Positions 38,435 to 50,191 of a DNA stretch of 64,000 nt are shown piece by piece. Position numbers and translations under genes: made by a program. Under the pieces are notes generated by a model that was not told where the DNA came from, did not search any database, and saw only the letters and a program-made list of their open reading frames with translations. Every line of letters begins with the position of its first letter. Positions within the stretch are counted from its first letter, which is position 1. Location: positions 23,502,848-23,566,847 of the forward strand of contig CM120643.1 in the NCBI GenBank assembly GCA_051362555.1, read 5' to 3'. Origin of the DNA: Lingula anatina. Lineage: Eukaryota; Animalia; Brachiopoda.

Positions 38435-40306
38435 TCAAGGTTCGGGTTGACATGGACGTGCGGCCACCCTGTCAGCCTCTTGACCCACGGCCACTATAGC
38501 CGGAAGAACCTCGGTCGCAAACAGATACTGGCGCTCTCTATCGAATGTTTCCACGGTGGTGGGCGTGTCCAGGTTGATGAATTGTCTGGAAGACGCTGTA
38601 TATTGCGGCCACTGGACGCTGACTGTGTCACCAACATTTGGGTCACTGAAAAGATGAGAGTGTTGACTGATTAGCAAAATAATGAAATACGATACTGAGC
38701 ATACACAATCGTACATTCTGACTTCGTAGTCAAGTCAAGTCCTTTTGTAGAGGGATATTTTTATACTAATTAAATTACAGTTGATGGTCATTGGCATTGG
38801 TGATTGGTCATTGGTTGATGGCACAAATAAAACTTAATGGGCATCAAGTACTTTGTATTTCCATTTATCAATATCATTCAGATTTCAATTGCAGTAAATA
38901 TTCCGATATGTTACCTGACCCTTACCCATTTTTTACAAAGTTAGCTATATACCGCCTGATGGTTCTTCCAAGTTCCAATTCCTCAGCTGTCAAATTATAT
39001 ACATCCGGGTGCTGTTCAAAAACACCAAAATACAGAATGCGGGTATCAAATTGTTCAGCTTGTACAAAATCAGCCTTAGGTAAGTAAGAAGATGGATAGC
39101 CAAGTCGGACAGATAATGTGTATTTATACGTTGTGGCACCTGCCGCTGCGTTCAACCTCGCCGACTCCTCTGCTGGCATTCCGAAGAAAAGGTCTGTGTT
39201 TTGCTGCACTTTCTGAGTCAAAATATCCAAAGGATCCATGGGGTCTTGGATAAGGCCGTATTCGTGAAACAAGGACCTAGCAACAGCCCTTCCCGCGCTT
39301 TTCACCTTGAACTAATAGAGCATTGATGCAAAGGTTTCGAGATTCAAGCGTTGCTGGGACACAGTAGGGGGATCCCCTATTAAAGAATATGTCAAGAAGC
39401 TGCCGTCATGGGAGGAACTACCTACCATATATCGAAGCCCGGATGTCACGTTTTCTCCCAGTAGCTCTCGTGGGTGTCTTGGTACCAAAACTCCATCAAT
39501 ACTTGGTCGCCAGTCGAGTCCTCCAGGCAACCCTTCCTTCCTTATCTCCGCCAATTCCTGAGCGTCCTTATTGCGTAAACAGCGGAGTATTGCACTTGGT
39601 TCAGGCATATCACATCCGGCCAGTTTTGAAAACTCCAAACTGACGTTCAAAGACTCGGCCAGATACCCAGGCGTTAAGCTCGACCCACTCATTGATATCC
39701 CTCCCTGTATCAAACCACGATTTAGAGGAGAGATCATCTGATAGTCCACCAAAGCTCCTCCTGCTGCATCACCAATAAGAGTAATGCGATCAGGGTCTCC
39801 GCCAAACGCCTCAGCATTCTCCCGAACCCATTTAATAGCCCAGTGTTGGTCATACAGGCCGTAATTTCCTCTAGCCTCGTCAGTCCCCGTGCTGAAGAAC
39901 CCCAGAAAGCCCAGTCTGTAGTTAAAAGTGACGAGGATGACATCAGACTCCAGGGCAAGGATATCTCCATTAAAAGTCGCACCTGTTCCTGCCACGAACG
40001 TACCGGCATGAAAATGGACAAGAATTGCCAGACGAACGCCCTTTTCACGTAGAAGGTCAACACCACGTGGCACGAACACGTTCAAAAACAGACAATCTTC
40101 GGCCCGTGTGAGGTTGGTGATTGTTCGACCTAGGTTGATGTAGAGGTTAATAGAGCTGTTTTGCTGCAGGCAGTGAGGACCGAATTGTTTCACTTGTCGA
40201 ATGCTTTCTCCCCATCCAGGATGGCGCTCGGGATTGGCAAATCGAAGAGTCCCAGCTGGGGGTTTTGCGTATGGTATTCCAAGGAAGCGATCAACTATAC
40301 CTGTGC
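38435..40306 (-). pseudogene. Type-B carboxylesterase/cholinesterase-like gene, non-catalytic, with in-frame TAG at 39312-39314; exons 40306..38926 and 38645..38435; first exon not found
   Basis: FLGIPYAKPPAGTLRFANP, EDCLFLNVFVP, VTFNYRLGFLGF, GNYGLYDQ, FGGDPDRITLIGDAAGG, then IANFVKNG spliced (phase 2, GTAAG...CAG, intron 38646-38925) to DPN...WPQYT. Confidence 0.88.
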
Positions 40307-41063
40307 CTATAGAAGAAAATTTCAGAAAATCATTATATGAATGCTAATTGCACTAGAGATGATTTGAGCATTTTGAAAGACCGTCACATCCTTCTCAACC
40401 GTGGCTCTCCTGTACACAATTCACTCCATCTCGAGCGTAACTAAGTGAATGCGCGCACGTGGGAACAAACAAACAAATGCACACACACACACACACAAAC
40501 ACATTTCCATAGCACTAGTTAGCAGATTGATAGCTGTCGTGTACCATAAAATCTCCCCGCAGGAAGTCAAAAGTGTTGTTTTATTCCACTGCAAAAAGCG
40601 TCTATCAATAACAAGAAAGAAAGTAGTATACTCCCCTACCAAAAAAAGTGTCATCCCTAAAGCAATGCGTAAAGTGATGAAGAAAATCATGTCATCAACG
40701 ACTGTTCTTAACTCAAGTTCTGTAATGAATTTTCTGATTGTACCACCCATAAATAAACTAAACATATAAAAAATAAAGCCATATTTTAGTGTTTTGTATA
40801 GTGAGAAAGTAAGGATCTGTGTTAAGCTTCCCATTGACCACTGCCAGCTCGCCTACACTATACCAGCCAATACACCCCACGTGTCCTGTCAACGGTTCTT
40901 TGTGGGGATCCCTGGTCTCCTTACAAAATGACGGCGACTGTGCAGACGTCTCTTGACGGTTGCTCAGAAACTTGACATGCCCTCTTCTTGTTAAATGTTG
41001 CAGACAATCTCTGAAAAATCATGGAACGTTTTCTAAGAGGAAGGCACATTAACATTTCCTTCT

Positions 41064-41955
41064 TCTCTATGGGTGTAGTTTATTTTGGTCAGCCTTACCC
41101 AGGCAATTTTGCCCATACGCCTGTTTGTTAATGATGCTGACTATCCCTCTGAATGGTTGTCATGGAGCCACCCAGCCTTCGGGCAATTCAGCTGGCCAAT
41201 AGTCCAATCTATGTTAATCTCTTGGTAAAAAAAAGTTTTCCTCTCACTTAGGATCTGCATATTAAAAATAATTGGTTTTAGGGTATTGCAATGGTTACGC
41301 CAGGTAGATTAGTCCACTATAATCACATCAACAATTTACACGATGTTCGGTTGATACTTGTTGTGTAATATTAAAATGAAAACCACAGGAACCCTCATTG
41401 CAATGCAAATAATTGCGGTAGGTGATACTTTTTTGGTATTTGAGTATATGTATATTACCTGGGTAGTATACACATGTTTATACATTAATTCTTTATAAGA
41501 AACCGACCAGCAGTTAATTCAGAGATTGAATATGTAATAATAATAATACATTTATATTAAGTCTAAACTCCATATTAATATGTTCGTTAGACTTGACAAA
41601 TATTTACATACATATAACAAGTATACAACTGGTCAAAACACGCTGTGTACACAATCTCGCCTCCCTGGGGAGGATAAAGCCCCGCTGCCGTGTGAGGCGC
41701 TGAGTGCTATCAAACTTACAATATCGTTCTCTGCGTGACCAGGACCCTGCTTCAACCCAAAAGTGCTGAGTGCCAAGCGAAAAGACAGCAGGTACCGTTT
41801 ATGAAGGACTGGTATGTCCCCGGACGGGGTTGAACCCACGTCCTCCCGCTCCGGAGGCGGACAATCTAACCGGTCGGATGTAGTGTAAAACACGGGAATT
41901 TTATTATCTTGAAATATTTCGGTGCCATTTTCACACACGCATATATATATATACA
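41064..41955. repeat. Esterase upstream/intronic block duplicated at ~43620-44140
   Basis: Near-identical tggtcagccttacc..ggcaattttgcc through agagattgaatatgta in both copies. Confidence 0.88.
41537..41877 (-). mobile_element. tRNA-derived SINE (MetaSINE-like core) with ATGTA TSD
   Basis: Minus strand has a B-box-like GGTTCAACCC, core ...cataccag...ggtacctgctg...cgcttggcactcagca and a (TTA)n tail. ATGTA flanks at 41532-36 and 41878-82; the site is empty in the paralogous block at ~44080. Confidence 0.82.
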
Positions 41956-43486
41956 ACGTATTCTTCGCCGGTGATATTATTTGCCGTAAATATTAACGCC
42001 GCTTTATAATTCCACTCTCTGATGAATCATCCAATATTGTTAGAAGGTAATATTAGATATAAAATAATAATCAGCTTTAGTGGAAATGTTCGGCTGTGGT
42101 GTTGGATTAAGCCTGAAAACCTTTCCCTATGGTAACACAGAAGCATTGGCCAGCGAACCAATTCTCGGCATCTTTTATACAATCATATTTTCGGCTCTCC
42201 CCAAGAGAAGGAGTTATGGTGGGCTTGTAATTTCAAGCAGCTCCAGCCTTTCAAAAGGACAAGAAGAAGGGGGATACAGTTTATTTTATTCAGAAGCTAT
42301 AATAATATAGGGTGCCCCACCAAAAAATATCCTCACTCTTTGACTGGCCATCAATTTTTCACCTCCGTTTGTTATGTTTTCGCCTTCGCTTGTTTGTTCG
42401 TTCGTTCATCACCATCCGAACTCAAAAAGTTATAGATGGGTCTTGATGAAATGCCCAATAAAGGTCATATATATGCTCACATAAGTGATTATGTATGATG
42501 ATCAACTGTATCGCCTTACACCCCATTTATATCTTTATAGCGTGTCTTGGCACAGGGTTCGTTTGAGTATATTTTATGTCTTTCCTGTCACGCATGCGTC
42601 ATTAGCTGCACCCATCTAGCTTCTCATGAATATCTAATATTTAAAGTAAAGGCTGGCTTCACATGATTAATTTAAAAATATCCTTTTTTCTCCCCCCACC
42701 CCCCACCCCCCCCCCCCCCACCCCCACCCACCCCCACTGCAATCAGATTATTAGCACCAATCATATAACGTACTGTTATTTGAAAGGAAGCGAAGAATTC
42801 TTGCAAAATTGGCTCAATTTTGCTGCAAACATTTTGATTTTTCTCAGGGGACTAATATATTTTCTTCCAAGCGCAGTAGTATCTCTAAACAGTGGAGTTC
42901 ATTAGTTTACATACTTATCTGTCGAGCCCCTGAGGAACAACGACAGTGTACGATCTCCGTCAATTAAAAAGAACTGCTTCGCAGTTGAATGTCATTAGAC
43001 CAAAATGAAACGTAAAACAGATTTAATTATGCTTCATTTAATTTTATTTACTGTATTTTAGATGTAAAGTGAAAAATAATTAATATGTTTCTAAAAGAAA
43101 AAGGTATATTTAATGTTTTTTTGTATTTTTTGCTTATCAAAGAACATTTGCTCCTGAATATATAAACAAAATACACGTGCCTGCCGTGTGCCAAGTTTGC
43201 CAGCTACACTGTATGCCCGATACCACTATAAGGGCTGCGCAATGGCTACACCAAAATCAGTTTTTAAAGCAGAGTGTTGCATGTGTTGTGGTACTGATCT
43301 TCGACTGTAAGATATTCTTAGTTCAATTTTCTAAGTCCGCGTCAGTCACTTTGCTTCTTGTCTCGTCTGCACGAGATAACGTCAGGACAAGGCAAGAAAG
43401 GCAGTTCCAGGCGGTCAAAGCTGTGACGTACGAGACTTGTGATTTCAAAATGCCGGTTGAAATATGACAACTGAGGACACTGCCCT

Positions 43487-43620
43487 AGATTGCCCTACAG
43501 CATGGTTGGGATTGACGAGGACGTGCGGCAACCATGTCAGCCTCTTTACCCAGTGTAACCATGGCCGGAAGTACCTCGGTCGCAAACAGATTCTGGCGCT
43601 CCCTATCGAATGTTTCCACT
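43487..43620 (-). pseudogene. 3' remnant of a second carboxylesterase-like paralogue (last-exon fragment)
   Basis: Translates VETFDRERQNLFATEVLPAMVTLGKEADMVAARP, matching VETFDRERQYLFATEVLPAIVAVGQEADRVAARP at ~38435-38555. Confidence 0.82.
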
Positions 43621-44130
43621 TTCTCTGAGTGTAGTTTCTTCTGGTCAGCCTTACCTAGGCAATTTTGCCAATACGCCTGTTTGTTAATGATGCTGACTAT
43701 CCCTCTGAATGGTTCTCATGGAACAACCCAGCCTTCGGGCAAATCAGCTGGCCAATAGTCGAATCTGTGTCAATCTCTTGGTAAAAAAAAAGTTTCCCTC
43801 TCACTTAGGATCTGCATATTAAAAATAATTGGTTTTGGGGTATTTCAATGGTTACGCTAGGTAGATTAGTCCACTAATCAACAATTTACACGATGTTCGG
43901 TTGATACTTGTTGTGTAATATTAAAATTAAAACCATAGGATCCCTCATTGCAATGCAAATAATTGCGGTAGGTGATACGTTTTTAGTATTTGAGTATATG
44001 TAAATTACCTGGGTAGTATACACGTTTATACATTAATTCTTTATAAGAAAACGACCAGCAGTTAATTCAGAGATTGAATATGTAGTGTAAAATACGGGAA
44101 ATATTTCGTTGACAATATTTACACACGCGC

Positions 44131-44134
<4 letters not shown>

Positions 44135-44206
<72 letters not shown>
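44135..44206. repeat. (TA)n microsatellite
   Basis: Direct read. Confidence 0.95.
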
Positions 44207-44210
<4 letters not shown>

Positions 44211-44557
44211 CTAAACCTTGGAAATTTTAACTTAAAGGCCATACATATATACCCTACATATATAGCCATCAAACATGTCCTACTGCTAAACACATCCAGG
44301 CTAAATCGGTGTACCATGCTTAGGTGCAAAACATGCTTAGGAGCTAAATGCGTTGAAAAAATCAGACAAAGCAGGCACTTGGATGTTTTTACAGTGTACG
44401 TTATAATTGTGTACCTGTGTTTTGTACCAAAAATAAAACATTTCAGGTCATTTTAATGTCTTTTCATGCAAGAATGTTGTCTAACAAATGGGGTTGATAC
44501 AATGTTGCTATCTGACGTTGAGTCAACTTTCAAATCCAATGTTTATCCAACGTTTTA

Positions 44558-45186
44558 TCATGGGCTGGGGACCTCGTGCGTTTGCAGCCAAATCACTGAA
44601 ATCACGTCGTTTTCGGTGATGAGGCCAGATATGGAGTTTTTAGGGTTGACGGTCGAATCCGTGTCCGCCGACGTGTACGTGAGGCATAAAACGATGATTG
44701 TGTACTGCCTAGGGTGAAAGAAGGGGTTGTAACGTCTCTGTTTGGGGAGCATTTCATGCCCATGCCCAGAACCAGTTGGTTTTTTTAGGAGGCAACCTCA
44801 ACCAGTGTTCCTGCAGAGACATTCTACAGCAAACAATGCTTAGATTTGTAAGAGTCATCTTCAGGAACAACTTTGTGTACCAAGACGACTGCACAACCCC
44901 ACATCGAGCTCGCAGAATCACTGTTTTTCTTCGAAGCCAATGGGTTCAGCAACTGCCCTGGCCTGCAAACTCCCCAGATATAATCCCAATTAAAAATATG
45001 TGAGCGGAAGTAACTCACAGAATTAATAGCTATGGTCATCGACCGGTAAATAGTGATGAACTGCGACAGGCAAATATCACTTCGTGGAATGATATCCCCA
45101 TCCAAACTCTATGAAACTTGTCACAGGGTATGCCATGTAGGATGAGGGCGCTGCAAGCGGCTGCTTGAGGTCATACCCGCTATTGA
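44558..45186 (+). pseudogene. Tc1 transposase catalytic (DDE) half
   Basis: WA...H*NHVVFGDEARY (first D), FVYQDDCTTPHRA (second D), LPWPANSPDIIPIKNM* (SPDLNPIE, E to K), and C-terminal GHTRY*. Confidence 0.88.
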
Positions 45187-45717
45187 TGATTTTTCATGAT
45201 TTACTGTAATGAGTTCTTTGACTGTGTAACATATCACTGTCCGGAGGCTATCATTTTCTTTAATATCTTAGCTTAAAATTAATACTGACATCAAACTGTT
45301 GATATGATTTTCTGGGGGTGTTCTTTTCTTTTGAATGACATCTTATGTCAGATTTGATATTATTGACCAAAATATCTCACAACAGATGATATTTTTATCA
45401 CTCAATGACATACTTTTTTGATGAATGAAGCAAAAAAAAAAAAAAAATTTAACCAGCACTCAAAAATAACAATGATAAAAGAATATTCCATATTAAGTAG
45501 TAACCCTGTATATTATCCGGGGGAGGGAGCTGGGTGTCTGAAAGGAATTGTCCGGGAGGGGTGTGTGACCGGGGTTAATTGTCCTAGAATCCTCTCAAAA
45601 GTATCTGTAGCATGTGATCCTAGATGAAGCAAGATCACAAAAAAAGCAGTCGTCAAAGCATGCACAGTCCTAGACAACTCCACCCCCACCCTTACAGCTG
45701 CCTACGCTTATATCACA

Positions 45718-45962
45718 CAGTGTCGGATTTGGAGGGGGGTCATGGGGGTCCTGCCCCCCCCCCTTCCATTTCTGATCCCCTCTTGCTGAACCATGGTTCT
45801 AAACCGTACCAAATGGCACCGTTCGCCCTCTAAAATACCAAAAATTTTCAGGGGCCCTAACCCCACGGCAAGTGTGAGTATGTGTGTGTGGGGGGGGGGG
45901 GGTCGTCTTCGCATCCGCACACCCCCCCCCCCCCCCTTCAAATAATCCTGGATCCGCCACTG
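45718..45962. mobile_element. MITE with CAGTG(T/G)CGGAT TIRs and an apparent 5-bp TSD TCACA
   Basis: tcaca|cagtgtcggatttgga ... tcctggatccgccactg|tcaca. Confidence 0.75.
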
Positions 45963-46769
45963 TCACACCACTTAGTTCAACAGCCCTGCAGACCAGTCTG
46001 CATCCAGTATGTCCAGTATTATTATATACATCCAGTATCTCTCAGGTATACGCGTCTATCCATCAAGATGACCATAGTACAGGTATAAACGGCGACAACT
46101 TATCTAGCAAAAAAACTCCCTCATCACAGACAGTTCCACTTTTATTGTTGGTAGGTAAGACCAGAGTTTAATCACAGCCAAAAACAAATTCGTTCACTTT
46201 CTCACCTAACGCATTTTCTCACAAACATTCATTAATAGGGGAGACATTCAAAAACTGATACATTTCCTTTTTCACCTATCACATTCACTAATGTTAATTG
46301 AAAATATGGGAAATACATCCAAAAACATATCTGTTCTCTTTCACACCTAACGCATTCACGAATGCCCTTTCACACCTAATGCATTAAAAATGTTCCATTA
46401 TGCGACAGGGGAAACATGATGTTTGGTCAACTCCAAATGCATACATTCTCTGTCACACTTCTTTCTGTATTCTGTACGCGTTTTTAAAATGTCCAAAAGA
46501 AATATTTCTATCTTTAAATATCTTGCAAAGTTACTGACAATGTGGAATTTCATATAATTCCATGCTGCCAATAAACTCCCGAAATCCATTGCTTTAACAT
46601 GAAAATCTTTCAATGGCAAACATAGAAGCACCTGAGTCTGGTGTCGGTAATTTCTTCGCAAAATTCATAAAAACAGGTTGAACTTTAATATTTCCAAAGT
46701 AATTAGTTCAGATTGCCTTTTTGCTTTTTCAACTAAAATGCCAGTGCACCGCAAAGACGGTTTAGAGTT

Positions 46770-46781
46770 TGTGTGTGTGCG

Positions 46782-46821
<40 letters not shown>

Positions 46822-46857
46822 GGTTTGTGTTTGAGAGAGAGAGAGAGAGAAGAGAGA
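46770..46857. repeat. (TG)n(GA)n microsatellite
   Basis: Direct read. Confidence 0.92.
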
Positions 46858-49102
46858 AAGAGCACGCAATCAAAATTATTTTTACGCATTTTGCGCCAAT
46901 ATGTGTCACCTTCACTCTATACAGTGCGTATTTCAGTATAATTCCAAGAGACGCATGCGTGAATACATTGCCCCAGCATCTCTGAAGCCGTAGAACTCAT
47001 TCATCCACCAACCCTCTCTATCGATTTTACATAGCGCAAAGCCAAACATAAACAGAAAGAGGCCATCAGGAGGAGAGAGACGATTGCTCGAAGCCGCTGA
47101 AGCCATTGATCGATAGCTGAAACCTTTATGTCATATGAACAACGGCTTGGTAACTGTGATCAGTAACTCTGCGGCAAGGCGGTTCAGGTGCTTCATGTTT
47201 CGTGGTTGACGTGAGTGTTTATGTGCCAGGTAGCTCCAAATAATTGGTAAGTTGCATTATGTGGAATATCTCCTACTATTCAGAGGATTTTCATTCTGTT
47301 CATATCGTTATTTCCAGTTCTGTGACTGTTTGGTGATACATATTGCATTTCTTGTATATATAAATAAATACGTAGGAGTCGTGAAATAACAGTGAAAGTT
47401 TAGTTTTCTATTTTTAATTTTGCGATATTCAAAGACACTTGTGCCATGAAATTGACAAGTGCCACACTTGAATATATGCTTGGTACTTCCGAAACGGCCA
47501 TAAACTCTGCACACAACCCGCATTTTGTATGGCAAATTTGACTCCGAGATACCTTGGTCTATTCATGATGAAATTACAGTATTTGGGCATTTAAATTCCC
47601 TATGTTTTAGTTGCAATTACAAAGATATGCACCGGTATCCTGCGGTTACATTGACATTATCAACGCGTCCTTAGAGACAATATACTAACCCCTGGGGTCT
47701 GACGGACGCTTTGAAATTCATGTTTACAAGTGCGTGGTTTATTTCTTTCTTTGACCATCGATTTTTCTCAGTAGGCGCACATGTTAATATACGTGTATTC
47801 TGCAGCTGATGCTGAATCGAATGAACTAAAGGCGCACGTGCATCTCCTACGGTTACAGGCTTACAGACCCAGCATGTATCAGTATATATGTGTGTATACG
47901 AATATAAATAGAAGAAACGAGGTCGCTCTCCGGCCGACATTATTATAGTGTTCAATATGAAGAATCTGTTGTTTTTGATTAAATTTTATAGAATGACTTG
48001 TGAACACAAGCGAGATTCCTTTGCGATCAAGAGAATGAGTCGACTTCTCATGGGAAAAGAGCTATCCAGAGTGCACCTCCAATTTCCTGGATTTGGCTAA
48101 TCTGTGCCATTTAAAGAAAAATCGGGTATAATCCAACAAGGGAAATCGGGATCCTTGTGTCCATTACACAAAATATGATAAGGACTCTCTTGTTGCGTTC
48201 AGTGACATTGGTGTGTCTGTTTCGCAAAAAGAAAATAAGAAACGCCGCGTGCTGACTTCTTTTGTGACTTCTTGATTTCTTAAGTCGTTTGGGCTCGGAA
48301 GCGGAATAAAAAATCGATCAATACTAAGAAAAATCGATGGCACTGCACAGACCATTCATCTTTTGTTCGGATTCCCCTAGTATTACCGATTTAATTCCTA
48401 CCGATATATCAATCTTTTTGGCCTTTCTTTCTAACTCTTAGTGAATTGGACGAGGGGAATTTCCAATACGATTGCCCAATGCCAAGTCAGAAAACGTTTA
48501 CTGCTGTATATGTATACTGACAGATTAGAAATAGTTTTTGTAAAAGCTAGATAATTAGCATACTGCACCGTTAAATATGGAGTTGCACTGCTCGTTTAGT
48601 CACAGAACTTAACGTTTCTGAGTTGTACCGTTGTAACGAAACTGATGGAAAGCGGACTTTCTGTTATAGGGAACTCTCTGTCCTGTTACACCTGTACGTC
48701 TGCTAAAATGGAATCTGCGCTGCCGAGTAACCGTTTGCAGTGGCAGAAATCGAGGAATTTTCTTCGGTTAACTTTTCTGTCTCACGATTAATTGGCGTAA
48801 CAGGAGGGTCTGTTTATACTGGTTTATTCACCACAATGCTGATTAAGATGATAGGAATTTACCAATATACAAGGGATAACTGCACAAGCAGTCTGTAAAA
48901 TCTTTAACCTAATCTACGGGCTAATTTAGGGGACAACCACAAAAATCGACTTTCCATTAGACCCCATTGGATTTTCTTGAAGATCGAAGTAAGAGATTAT
49001 GCGTTATTAGATACACTGCAGCAAGCATTTTTCTCTCGACCGATTTCTCCTAGTTCACCGTATTATGTGCTTTATGTAGTTTTGCATATTTTTCGAAGAT
49101 GG

Positions 49103-49334
49103 TCCGAGTACTTACTAATCCGTTGACTAAATATGGCCGACCACAGTTCAAAAGCGATGCCGCTGATTCCTGATGGTCTCCCCGCCTTCATACGCGCCGT
49201 CGCTGGAAGGGCCTAGGAATTAAGCCTCGGAGCAGAGATTTAATCTGTTTAAAGGCGCGTGGAGTCGGGGAGGCCATCATGAATCAGAGGTATCGCTTTT
49301 GAACTGTGGTCGGCCATATCAGTAAGTACTCGGA
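49103..49334. repeat. Long imperfect palindrome / MITE-like hairpin
   Basis: tccgagtacttact...atatggccgaccacagttcaaaagcgat pairs with atcgcttttgaactgtggtcggccatat.agtaagtactcgga. Confidence 0.85.
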
Positions 49335-50160
49335 GCACCCATTCTGAATGGGGCCTTTGTAGACCGTGAAGTACTAGGGCAGTGCTTTACGACCCCCCCC
49401 CCCCCCTTCTTCTCGCTTGCATTCCAACATGTCGTGTCCGTTGCCTTTGTTGGCAGCATCACAATACGATGTCACCTTCAAGCTATTTTTGTCGACTTCG
49501 ATTTCCTTTGGATTAAAGAGCGATTATCTCCATCATTTTGCCAAAATTGCTCGTTACTTCCATCAACATCTTCGGTGGTCTCCCGAGTAATGACATCCCA
49601 AACGGCATATATCATTGCTTTTTGATTGATTCTTTTATGGTAATAGGGTATGAGGGCGTTTCCATTTTACTGGCATTTGTACATGAACTTCTAGTGTGTT
49701 AACACTTAAATCAGTCATATTTGACCTCTTTCGGTTTAGTCTAGATGTGCACTGTGTATGTTTTATATAATAACTATTGTCGTAATATCAATTAACTGTT
49801 ACTTCTGCATTCACATTCATGAGCAAGGCAAAACAACATGCAATATTATCATTATCTGTACTGTTAATCATGCCAGTGCAGACGTATAGATTTCTATCTA
49901 GGTGACCGGCTTGTGACTCAGTTTAGCATCAAAGTATATATAGGTGAACGTTCAATTGTTACCAGATCCTGCAGTGTACGTGCAACATATTACTGCTAAG
50001 CCGGACCAAACTCGGTCCAAATATATGCTTGGCGTGAACTAAAACTGACCTCCGTATCTCTGCTTCTATTATATATATAAACGTAATATTGTGACAATTT
50101 TGACCATTTTTCAAATCAACATAAATCCTGGGTAACCATAGCATTGCGAACACTGAGAGC

Positions 50161-50191
<31 letters not shown>

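Larger units (their letters stand above)
36976..44569. mobile_element. Insert with CAACGT/ACGTTG-rich ends; possible CMC/EnSpm-like non-autonomous element carrying cargo
   Basis: Both ends (~36996-37125 and ~44475-44555) are dense in acgttg/caacgt motifs. Outer CCCAG (36976) ... CTGGG (44569) could be termini, but these bases can also be read as transposase codons. No TSD found. Confidence 0.5.
36289..45508 (+). mobile_element. Tc1/mariner element (27-bp TIRs, TA TSD) interrupted by a ~7.6-kb insertion
   Basis: Left TA|cagggttacttcttaatatggaatatt and right aatattccatattaagtagtaaccctg|TA (1 mismatch); transposase N-half and C-half lie at the two ends. Confidence 0.88.

Noticed and set aside
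41810-41877. tRNA-like sequence on the minus strand
   Set aside because: It is the SINE head and does not form a complete cloverleaf.
42910-42996. Candidate first exon of the esterase (minus strand ...YTVVVPQG...)
   Set aside because: In-frame stops and no clean phase-1 GT donor; at best a degraded exon.
44033-44456. ORFs with YI, TH/CV, SL, polyQ or polyK runs (also 35860, 46665-46985, 49959, 59531, 60550)
   Set aside because: Translations of microsatellites and homopolymers.
46940-47252. Possible non-coding first exon ending in GGTAAGT
   Set aside because: Only a donor-like motif and mild CpG enrichment; no linked downstream exon could be shown.
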